From: Ramazzottius varieornatus
Lineage: Eukaryota; Animalia; Tardigrada
Direction: 5' to 3'
Assembly: GCA_001949185.1 (NCBI GenBank)
Contig: BDGG01000006.1
Location: 912,827-976,826 of the forward strand
Length of the DNA stretch: 64,000 nucleotides
Every line of letters starts with the position of its first letter. Position 1 is the first letter of the stretch. Under the pieces are notes generated by a model. That model searched no databases. It saw nothing but the letters and a program-made list of their open reading frames with translations, and was not told where the DNA came from. Position numbers and translations under genes: made by a program. Positions 45,826-56,717 of the stretch are shown here, one piece after another.

Positions 45826-48800
45826 TTAAAATAAACGCGCAAGCAAAGAGGAGAAACCGAGCAAGAGTCCGTGGGCCGCTAACGTGGAAGCACCTGAGCC
45901 GCAGTCTGATGCGTCTTCCTGCAAGACAAAGCTTTCGTTACATACGTAGTTTGGAAAGGGAAGAGACGACACCAGAAAGTGTTTGTACGTACATCGGCAT
46001 GGTAAGGAAAGCAATCGGAAGGTCGACGTCGATAAGGTACTGCCGTATACTTCTCCCGCATCTGTTCGTCGGTGTAGACGATCTCTTCCGGAGCGGTGAA
46101 CAGTGGCGATTCGTTACATGGACAGGCGCGAGTCTTGTCCATTGCAACAAGCAGCATGTTGGTGGTTGAGACTTTGTATACACCGACCGACCTGCAGAAA
46201 AGAAGCGCTGAGAAATGTGCACTACCGGTACAGTGAACACCCAATGCAAACTCGGATTTATTGGCTTTCAAAACTCAGTAAGGACTCGATCGAAAACGAG
46301 CTTTCGACATTTTTTTAAAAATACTAAGCATTTAGAGTCACATATCGTCTGGTATAGATATCATGGATGGGAGCTTTGTAGACAACTCGACAAGGTGTTT
46401 CTTCCAAGTGGCGCACGCTTCCCCTGTGCGTCACATGGAAAAAAATCGAAGTGGCGCACGTTTGTAGCCAATATCACTCAGCCGTGCGCGACTTGGAGAA
46501 AGAGCCCTTTGGTTTGCTGTGTGTTGTGTCTTACTTGGTGCAGTTGGCTGCACATTCGACGGTGAGAAGGCTCTTGAGTTGTGTCCAGCCCGAATGGTAC
46601 AGGTCGTACTTCATGTCGCAGAGAAAGGGTGGGTTGGTGGGCGCTTCGACGATCGGCGCAGTCGCGTTCTCATGCATGGAGTCCAGCTGTTGCGCGTTCT
46701 CAAAGTTGTAATATTCTGACTCGGCAGTGACCAACTCGAGGTGGAGAGCTACTAGGAAGGCGAAGGTGTGCTTGCCTAGAGACTGGATACTCTCCAGGAC
46801 CCCGTAGATCCACGGCCGTAGTGAGAAGCCGGCGCTCTTGGTGCGGACTTTCTTGATGGTCTGACACACACCCTGGTAATCGTGCAGTTTAAACCTGCAG
46901 CAGAAGTCGAGTGAGTAACCCAAAAACTTGTTTTTTCATTGTTTTGTGGCAGAGATTTGAACTGGTAGTACAGTACGTTGGACTTTCGCTCTCACATTTT
47001 CTAAAGTGAAAAGTTGTAAAGCGTAAAACAGCGTAAAAAAATTTGATTGATTTGCGGACAGTGAGTGTACGGTACAATATATTATGGTACAAGAACAGCA
47101 CTCGCCTGCGGCTCGCTCTTGAACACGGGGGGCTGAAATTTTCGTGGGGTGTCTTGGTCAATTTATGATTTTTCCGTAGGGCACCCGAGAGCCGCTCTTT
47201 TGCGCCAGTACCGTGCACTCGTTTAAACGGACAATATTTGCAAAACCTTCCCCAGCCAAAATTTTGCCCAACTGCAATCTAGTACTTTCTCACACAAAAC
47301 GAGTCCACACGAAACTAGAATAAAAAGAGATGATAAGCGAGTCCCTGCGCTCCGCCCTTCGCCCATCTTTTACGCACGGTTAACCGTCTCACAAGCTAGA
47401 TACCGCAGCATGAAAGCATTACTAGCTGTCAAACGGCCTTTCGTTCCTCGCGCAAGCAATTTGTTTTAGTATATCCAGAAAAAAACGCACGAATCCTAAG
47501 GTTTTCGTCAACTTGCACAGGTAATCTTTTGCACATTTCTTCTGCAGAGCACATAGTGATCGCGCACTCAACCACGAGATAAGGCATCATTGCCCAGCGT
47601 AATAAGCTGTCGGCAGTCAGCTGCCGGTCTAGCGTACACACTCCCAACCGGGCATCGTTTACTGATCACGCGGTCGAGTGCGCGATAAGCTATGAGCACT
47701 ACAGTAGCTTGCTAGTTTCAAACGACCTTCGCGTGATCTTGTGCGGTTTGGCACACTCGTTGCCAATGTCATAAGTGAGTTCTAATTAGCTTGATTAATT
47801 AAAAGTATGGAGATGTAAACTGATGTACGAGCAAGCACGTTTTGGATATCTTCGAAGAAACAAAAACTGGTCCCATCCGAGCGTGTCGGGGATATGGTGT
47901 TCTGATTTCTGCTCAAACATTCCTTCTCAAAAGATCCACGACCTAGTCAGAAGCTTTTTTCGGGTTACAATAGTATAGGGGTAGGATACAGATATTAGAC
48001 GGAAAAGGCTGCGACATCCTGAATAGCTTAAAACGAATAGAGAAACTTTTACCGTTTGTAAATTCCATTGTCGACGATGGAAGACATCACTTCTCCATGG
48101 AGAATGCCGAAGAACTTACCGCGGTCTTCCGCGAAGCGCGTACTGACCACCACGTAGCCGCTTTCATCCACCAGGTAACAACTGATGGACTCACTATGAC
48201 AAGACATACAGTCGCCACCTTGGCACTACAAGAAATACCACAAATAAATCCAATACTTTTCTCGAAAAATCGCGCAAGCAAGCTGAAACGAAAAGACTTA
48301 CGGTTTCACGGGAAACATCCAGAAGTAGATCTCGCAGTCTTCTGGTCTTCATGATGATGCCGGTTATACCCGCCGGCGTACTCCTCGCCGTACCCTCCTC
48401 CACAAAGACCGGCACGGCGGCCATAAAACTAATTTCGTTGATATTCTTCGGGCCTGTCGAGAGAACTCTCACTCTAATTCATTTTTACTGCGCAAGTTTC
48501 CCATTCGATTACTTTTCGTACCTTGGCTGAGAGAGATAATGACGGTGGTTTCATGGTCGCCAGTCACTGTTCGCTCATAGAACGACTCGTCGACCGCTTT
48601 GGAATACTGCTCGAAGAAATGCCTACAAAAAAGGCAGCTAGACTTGTCGTTCGATAACGGAAACTTTTTGGAGAAGTATTTTTACCTGGTTGTGTTTTCT
48701 GTGTCGGTCCCGTTGCCTTTCTCGCTGGTCGGTTCGCCACTTTCATCCGGTACAGCGATTACTTCTCGATCGACCTCTACTTCCTTGCCGACCTCTTCAC

Positions 48801-51800
48801 CATCGTTGCCCATCACGTCTCTGACCTTCATGGTCCGAATAGCGTTGGCCTCGAACAACGGGTCCAGCTGGAAGTCTTTCCAGCGTGTTAGACCGGCTCG
48901 TGTGATCAGGAAGGCCGTCTCGATGTCGTACTTAGCGTACAGCTGCGAATTGGCTTGGTCGATGTTCGACCAGAGCTTCACGGCATTCTCCGTCGCTTTA
49001 ATATCAAATAGCAGGGACTCTACCAACTCACTGTCACCTGAAAGGAGAAACGATGCATGTAACGTTCAATTTTTCGAACCAATATTTTCGTGCATCTGAC
49101 AGACGGAAATGGAAGCTCGGCAAACAAACTCGACAAGATTACTTTCTGAAGTGGCGCACGTTCCCGGTGTTGCTGCATGGACCCGTGCGCCACTTGGAAA
49201 AAACAGATCTTGTCGAGTTTGTTTACCGAACCAGCATCTTTCTTCAACTTACAAGAGACAGGAATAGTTTGTTCGGTTTCATCTTCCGATTCGCTGGAAT
49301 TTAACTGCAGCATGTCTCTTTGAATTTGTGCGAAACGTGGTTCGACATGGGCCAAGAGCTCCAGAAGGCTGGAAACCGATACGTTACAGTACGCCCACTC
49401 TGGATGGAGTCTGGTTTCGGTTAAGTTGTCCGTTAGCATGGCAGTGTCCACTGAAAAATTGCTCAGCATGAATTTCATGTTTGGAAATTTGACATCGTAT
49501 TAATGGAGAATATGTCAGCGACTTACGGCCGAAAAGAAATGCAGCCAAGCGTCCTTTGACGTTTAGGAGCTCGTTGTCAGGCCGGCCGGCGCTGACTGGT
49601 ACGGCAATACCCACACTAACCGAATAAAAAAAGCCGTGGGAAAAAAGTTCACAGACCTTTTCATTTACCTTCCAGAGATCGACATGCACAGTGACCAACC
49701 TGAGAGGTGTCTCACTGATTCCTCCGTAATAGTATATGTACTCCTTCTCGTACACGCGTTTCTAAACAGAGGGTTACTCATGATTTTTCTCGTCTTCACG
49801 ATTTTTTCTGCTGTGGCGGTGAAATGGAAGTTTTACCCTGTCGTCCAGTTGACGCATGATCTTGCTGGTGACCTGACCCAGCTGCTGATCGATCATAAAT
49901 TTTCGCAGCTACGAAAAGGACATTTGTAAGCTACTATTCGAGTCGACCAGCTGACTAGTTTTTTGCCGGTTGGAGACTAGTAAAAGTGCTTACTGGAAGG
50001 TCGAATTCACCACCGGAAGTCTCTTCGAGGTCGACGGCGGTAGGGAACTCGACTTGGCCCAAATCGATTTCGTTGTACGACTGGCGTGGTGAAATGTTCT
50101 TCTTGTTCTGGGTTCGCCAGTATGGGTGGAAGATGACATGTCCGTTGTGGTTGGTGCCAAAGATGTAACTTCCAACACCCCACTAAAATTCAAGTCTAAT
50201 GTTAATTCGGCACGTCAGTCGTTATCTATCACGACGATCAAGGACCGACCCTTTGGTTACCTTGTGAGGTGTCATGGCCTTCTTGATATCCAGAATTGGT
50301 ACGTCGATACCGACAACGCCGATTAGGCTGCCTTTCTTCAACTGGGGAGTCAAAAACTGCTTAGTCCCTACAGTCGGCCTGTTACCAGCAGTGCGATTAT
50401 CAGAACGGTCAGAAATATTTACCGCCGCAGCCGATCGGTTAAAGACAGGTTGCGCCACCGTTATAACCATTCCGATATTATTCTGTAAAAGAAGGAAGGG
50501 AGTTGAAAACGTAACGCCGAGCATCCTCCAAATAAATGATGAATGAATGCCTATCCATTTGCGTAGCTAGCAAAGACTGAGCGCAGGAATAAATCGTAGC
50601 CAAGTGCTGCGAGAAGAACTGCTGACTTACGGTTGATGGAAGCGCCGCGAACAAACATAAAATAGAGTAACGTATGAAAAGCACTCTCTTACCCATAATC
50701 TGGTGCGATGCCCCGTCCACGTTATAATTTTTGTGTCTTTTTCTACGGCCGAAGCTCCTACCGGTCTACTAAACACCTTGGACCCTTGCTGTGCAAAGAA
50801 AAACAAGAAACGTAACAAATTAAACGGTGGTACAGTAAAATTCAAGTTCCCACAAGTGTTCATTGATCAAGGAGATCAACAGAAAGGTTCAGCAAAATTA
50901 GGCAGAAAACACAAACCATGCTGCCCCAGGTGAAAAACAGCTGTATCTATAGGTCCTTTCAAAAGCGTCTCTGATCACAGCCTTCTTGGGTTCTCACACA
51001 AGCATTTCATGCTGCAAAAAGTACCATGCAAAAATAAACAATTTAGGAGTCAAGGCAGCACAGCCCTATATCAATCTTGAAAGGCGTCAGCAACGTTTAA
51101 CAGGTTAAGGAAACGTTAGGGTTGGATAGACTAGGAGGCTCACCCGTGCATGCCAGTAGGCATTCGTCCAAATATTAGTATGGTTAGTCGACAAGACCAT
51201 CGGTCTACTGAGCACCCGGGAATAGGTCTACATAAGGGAAAGGTAGCAGGATCAGCGGTTAGTGTGCAAGAAAGGGTGGAGGAGGTAGATGATACTAAGG
51301 ACGGTACCTCGACATGGTTTCGGACGTCCGCCATGGTGGAGATATGCGTGACATATCCGCGGTTGTCACAGGCAATAGCCTTCATTTCATCATACACCGT
51401 CACTTCCCGCCCTATCACGTAGGTGAAAATGCGCACTCGCTTCTCGGGGTTGAGGTGGGCGAATAACTCCTGGAAGCTCTCGGGTGCCCCGTCGGAGACC
51501 ACCATGATGGCCTTGTTGCACTCTGCGCCGGCTGATGAGTTCAAGGCTTGGAAGGCCATCAAGAAGGCTTCGGTGTAGTTGGCAATATTCTCTGTTTCCA
51601 GCGTGCCGAGAAGCTCGGCATAGCGACGCTTGGTGGCTTCCGAAGCTTGGATGGTCGTGTCAACCCGAGGATCAAGGAATTGGGCTTCTTCCTTGAACTG
51701 AAATATATGAAAAATATTTATTTCGCAGTTTTCTGGTAGATTGAAACTATTCTGAACCCCAGTGTTTTGTAACTATTCTAAAGTCATTTCAATACTTGAC

Positions 51801-53398
51801 AGTTCAGCGAATTCGAGCGGGTCGTTTTCGCAGTGGCGCACACTTGCAGCTAATAACACTGATGACATGCGCCGCTTGGGAACTCAACCAGACCGCTTTT
51901 CCAAGTGGTGGACGCTCCCAGCCAAAAACATCGATACGATGCGCCACTTCGAAAGACAATCTGGTCGAGTTCGTTTTGCAAGTTCGCATCTGCATATGAA
52001 ATTATCATAAAATGGGGACGATTTCGTACTTTGATGATGTTGAAGAAGTCGTCTTCGTGCAATGTGTTCATAATTTCCTTGACGGTAGTTCGCGCGATCT
52101 CTTCGCGGATACCGGTCATGCTACCACTGATATCCACCAAGATAATCATGTCTTTGGGCGAGCTGGAGGCTCGAATGTACCAGTTAGTCAGCCGGCAGTC
52201 ATACATATCCGGCTTGTCCCCGTCGATCTTCAACCACTTCACACCCGGGTACAATCGGAGGAACCCTTCGGAACTACCAAAGTACTGCGACCGCATGGTC
52301 GGGTCATCTTCCAGGTTGTCACGGAAGATACGGTCAAGCTTCTCACTCCATTGCGCTCCATTTTGTACGGCAGGAGCTGAAAGAACCGATTTCCATTCAG
52401 CCGCTCGAGCGAAATCCCGGCAAATGAAATCATCCAGACTGTTTCCCCAAGTGGCGCACGCTCTCAGCCAATACGTAACAATGGAGAAGTGCGTCACTTG
52501 AGAAGGCGACCTGAAGTGGCGCACATTGGCAGCCAGTAAATACGAAGACCTGCGCCACTTGAGTCAACCATCTGGCTGAGTTCATTGCCGACGTCCGAAA
52601 TAATTATTAAAGTAATGTGAGGTGTCAAAGTGCGTTACATCGGTTCCAAATGTTCGTCGGAACATGGACGGTGCTATGCGTCACGTTGACCAGTTCGTTG
52701 TGAAAGCGTGGGTCCTTGGCGAACTGGATCTTGGCGAAGCCATAAACGGGAGGAGATGTTTGGCCCGTCACATTTGACTGTTCCATCTCCTTCGCGTTAC
52801 GGTATGTAATCTGAAAGAGAGACGAATGAGTTCAGGTTTATGAACAGGGAGAAAATAAAGTGCTAACATTGATTTCGGGGTCCCATTCGTAAGCTTTGGT
52901 CAGTTCTTCCGCCGTTTCCACCAGACGTTTCACAGCGGCCACTTTCTTTCCCATCAGCGCTGTAACTGTCTGACTGATTTCCTTCATGGCAGTAGCAGGA
53001 TCCAGCTTTTCGATTTTGGCTCCCATCTTCCGGAAACCCTGTCAAATAACACAATGCCAGTCCCTAGTACCATTAATCGCAGTCATTTCCGCTTCGGTCA
53101 ACTGGCGCACTGCTAGTGCGAACTAATAGTGCGGGGTGCGCCACTTTGAGGAGGTGAGCTTACTTCAACAGCCTCATTGTGTCCGGATGCGCTCTTCGTC
53201 AACCGGAATATCTCTGAGCCCAACTTTTGCGCCAGATGTTCCAAGCTGAAATATATCAAGCAGTTTTTAGTATGGATATTTCGATTGACGTTTGTGTGAA
53301 AGATGGAAGTACCTTTTTTCAGAGAGATGACTGTAAGCTGTGTTGACGACGAGGAAGCTAAGAAGGACGACGAGAATTCCGTCCCGTATCAAAGCCAT
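45826..53398 (-). CDS. CACNA2D: Voltage-dependent calcium channel alpha2/delta subunit (VWA-N, VWA, Cache), multi-exon
   Basis: Signal peptide MALIRDGILVVLLSFLVVNTAYS; QYFGSSEGFLRLYPG, YDCRLTNWY, PKDMIILVDISGSM (MIDAS), CNKAIMVVSDG, RVRIFTY, GVVGIDVPI, PYRRRPSDCFPYH, GPI-type tail EDASDCGSGASTLAAHGLLLGFSSLLARLF*. Confidence 0.96.
46368..46510. mobile_element. GTGGCGCAC-palindrome MITE copy, 2 units (alpha2delta intron)
   Basis: AT|GGGAGCT arm; first unit has a shortened spacer, second is full length. Confidence 0.8.
49111..49235. mobile_element. GTGGCGCAC-palindrome MITE copy, 1 unit, near consensus (alpha2delta intron)
   Basis: AT|GGAAGCTCGGCAAACAAACTCGACAAGAT..ATCTTGTCGAGTTTGTTTACCGA. Confidence 0.9.
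50693..50788 (-). CDS. CACNA2D: Duplicated alternative exon B of alpha2/delta (paralogue of exon A at 51144-51227)
   Basis: Phase 0-0, polypyrimidine CAG acceptor and GTAAG donor; QGSKVFSRPVGASAVEKDTKIITWTGHRTRLW aligns with TYSRVLSRPMVLSTNHTNIWTNAYWHAR. Confidence 0.65.
51800..51985. mobile_element. GTGGCGCAC-palindrome MITE copy, 2 units (alpha2delta intron)
   Basis: Two hairpins with CAGCYAA loops. Confidence 0.8.
52415..52597. mobile_element. GTGGCGCAC-palindrome MITE copy, 2 units (alpha2delta intron)
   Basis: Two hairpins (spacers of 29 and 25 nt). Confidence 0.85.
53098..53150. mobile_element. GTGGCGCAC-palindrome core only (alpha2delta intron)
   Basis: CTGGCGCAC..GTGCGCCACTT without clear arms. 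Confidence 0.65.
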
Positions 53399-54366
53399 CT
53401 CACGACACAGTCAACAGCTTCCATATGGTCAGGTTAGGTGTAAACATCGAGTAGCAGTAATCTGGTGACGACGTAAAGGATAAAAATTGTCCAAGTCTGA
53501 AGAACTGAAGAACGAGATCCGAATGGAAGGAACGAGTCTAATTTTTTTCTGTCTATGCTGGCGTAAAAACAAAGGAAGCCAATCAATCAAATCAGCGTTC
53601 ATGTTACATATGAGCCTCTCCTTAAGGTGTGACATCACAGACTTACATTGGAGATCACTTCCGGTAAATGTACAGAGCGCTGAAATCGGATGTTTTGCCA
53701 GTAGCTCAGTCGATCACATTTCGATGTTTGCTGGCGTAAACGGTGAAGTACGCTGTACGAATAAAATCTCGGCTTGTCAGTGGTATCTTGGGACGCTCCA
53801 CAGGGAAGCTGCGCGTAATCATGGAAAGCCTGAATAAATATCCGAAGGACCTGACTACGTACCCACAGCTAGTACGAGCTTGAAGCACCACAAGGACAGA
53901 GCACTGGGTGCTCTACTGCCAGCGAGCATCCTGTCACGAAATTGCGGATTATTTTTATCACGCACGCGGACCGATCGATAGACAGCAGCTCGAATCTAAG
54001 ACGCGATCCTACAGTTCTTTCTCACTCCTTCTTCATCATCTACACTAGCTATCCACGTGCTGAGTTCGCGTACAGTACCCAGTACGTTATTGTTAATTTT
54101 TTGCTTTAGCAGTCTCCATATCTAATTGCTCGAGAAACCAACGTTGATAAATCATACCAACTCGTCCCAAGTGATTGATGTACGAGTACATATGTATTTT
54201 ACATATGTATTTTATAGGACAGGCCAAACCGCACCGCGCCAGCAATGTTATATTTTACACATGGAAAGACAACAGGTTGATGGAGCAATTTTTATTGGTG
54301 TGCACAGAATTTTCAAATTACATTTACATACAGTACAACGACGGTAGAAAACAACAGTAAAGTAGT

Positions 54367-55952
54367 CTAGTTGAAAGCTTCGATGATCTTGACGATATCC
54401 CCGTGGAATTGTTCGATGAGATCTCGAAGTACTCCGCCGTCCGCTCTGATACCCATATCCTCCAAGGTCTTGGCAATTTCGTCGACCGTTTTGGGCTGCT
54501 GGAAGTTGGGCATACCCGATTCGGCGCGGCAAGATCCGCCAGCCGAGGTGTTGAACCCCGAAGCGAAGGCGTTGCTGGAGGCACTCGATCCATTCGGTCC
54601 CTCTTCGGTAGTCGCTTCCGTGTAGTTGCCACCTTCCTTGTTTCGGTCATACGGGCCATGGCGATGTCCGCCGCGTCCCCGGTGAGGTCCGAAGGGTCCT
54701 TGACCGTCGAATGGTCCACCCATCCATGGGAAGCCGCCACGACCGCGACCGAAGCGGGGGCCTCCGCCACCGCGGAAGGGACCACCAGCGCCGCCAAACA
54801 TGTTCATGAATGGACCGAAGGGACCCATGCATTGCTCGGTGTTGTCGCGGGGCTCCGTAATGGCTTCCATTTCGTGCTCGGCGTGGTATCCTTTGCCTTT
54901 GCAGGTCTCGCACAGGTCGTAGTTCAGACACTTCTTACACTAGAAAAAAAAATAGATAAAGGATGACTTCCAGCCAAAAACCCCAAAATGTGACGATTGG
55001 GACGTCGGCAAATGACCAATAGGCGCACATCACCAGTTTTGTTGGCTGAAAGCGTGCGCCACTTGAGAAAAGGCACTTTCAGTCGCGCATGCTGTCAGCC
55101 AATAACAATGAAAAGTTGCGCCACTTGATGCAACGATTGTGTTCAATTCATTGACTGAAAACCCGTTGCAATACAAGACATGTAGAAAAATTTCAAGATA
55201 TCAAACGCAGTCCGAGAAAGCGTATGTCGAAGTATCCGTGGCACAAACGTCTTACCTTGTATCGGGTGCCGACAACGATGCCTTCACATCCATCACACGA
55301 AATGCCCACATGTTCCTTGGGTCCTTCAGGCTCCTTTGCTTTCTCTTGTTCCTCCTTGCGCTGCGTGCCGTCCTTCATCTCTTCGTCGTGCGATGCTGTA
55401 GCTTCCGCGCCTGCGCGAGCTGTAGAGGCAGACGATGTTGATGTGAAACTTCGGATGTTGTTTCCAGCAGGCATGATGCGAGCGTACAGCTTCAGCAGGT
55501 CTCCCTGTCCGCCCGAGTTGTTAACGGAGTCCAAGGCAGCCTGAAGTTCGGTGTCCGAAGTCACCACGACGAAATCTCCTTCCGCATCTAGAACAAACCA
55601 ATAAGAATTTAGTATCATGTAAAAATCAACAACATTCGGGACTTCACGCAGGTGGCGCATGGTACCGAAGAATTACACTGATAACGTGCGTCACTTGGGA
55701 TAATGATTGTAACTGGCGCACGATATCAGCAAATAACAATGAGACCTTGAGCCACTTCGAAAAGCGACCTGGTTAATCGACGTCGCAAAAAAAGCGAACC
55801 GACATACCTTTCCAGTAAACTTTGAAAGCCACATCAGGGCCCAAAACTCCGCGGACTTTGTCCACGAGGTCTTGGAACGCTCCAGGTCCGGAAGGAAGGA
55901 TAAAGCGGCGGATTTCCGACTCGGATTCAAAGACAACTTTGACTTGTGACAT
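54367..55952 (-). CDS. SQSTM1: Sequestosome-1/p62/Ref(2)P-like (PB1-ZZ-UBA), about 349 aa; exons 55808-55952, 55256-55587, 54367-54939
   Basis: PB1 EIRRF..VYWKDAEGDFVVVTSDTEL; ZZ finger [33 protein letters not shown]..H; UBA-like LEDMGIRADGGVLRDLIEQFHGDIVKIIE. Confidence 0.9.
54999..55145. mobile_element. GTGGCGCAC-palindrome MITE copy, 2 units in opposite orientation (p62 intron)
   Basis: Loops GTTGGCTG, then CAGCCAATAAC. Confidence 0.8.
55637..55790. mobile_element. GTGGCGCAC-palindrome MITE copy, 2 units (p62 intron)
   Basis: Two degenerate hairpins. Confidence 0.75.
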
Positions 55953-56717
55953 TTTGGCTTCCGGTGGAAAAATAAACTCCAATTGAGAAGATCAATAACT
56001 GTAAACTTATGAAACAACACAAAACACAGAGACTGAATTGCTGACACGAGCAGTAGAGGCTTTTATATCAACACAAGCAAGCGTCTGGTTAAACTGCCGC
56101 ATCATCCTGGCCGCGATCCCCGTATACACCAATGAGAATTTCGTCTTCGCTTGAAGACGAATGGGAAGCAAAACGTGGGCGGGTAAAGTAGTGAAACAGG
56201 TTTGTGACTCATGGTGCCGAACGATAATTTCTTGGAAATATGGGGTAACTTTGATCGAGATACCTCGCGTACTTTCAAGAACCATCTCGAAAGATCCGTT
56301 CTGACTTCATTTTGGACCGTCAGTTTTATTTCGGATAGATTTTATGCACAGTCACCATTGCCTCCCAAAAGACGGACGTTCCGTCTGCTACAATGCCTTA
56401 CTGAGGCTCTACTCGAACATGGGACGTCTACAAGGCAGACATCTACATTCACCGAAATCTTAAGTTCGGAATGATTAATTTCCAGTTTTAAAAAAATGAA
56501 TGAAAACCGGCCCAAAAAAGTCTACGCCATACATTTCGGTATGGGGAAAGGGAAAACGTCAAAAAGACAATCGGGATCAAAGTGACTACCAAGACGAGCA
56601 TAAAGTAAAACAAATGAAAGAAGCGACAAAGGCACGCGTCACAGTACCTTCTTGCAGGACGGAGACTAAACAGGAAGAAAGTCTGAAAAAACGCCGGTAC
56701 AAAACAGTAACTGTTAA

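Noticed and set aside
50915-51015. Possible third copy of the duplicated alpha2delta exon
   Set aside because: It has an acceptor-like site but an in-frame TGA and only marginal similarity.
54403-54966. Long antisense ORFs over p62, NBEA, alpha2delta and CPSF6 exons
   Set aside because: Shadow ORFs expected from codon bias and GC-rich coding on the opposite strand.
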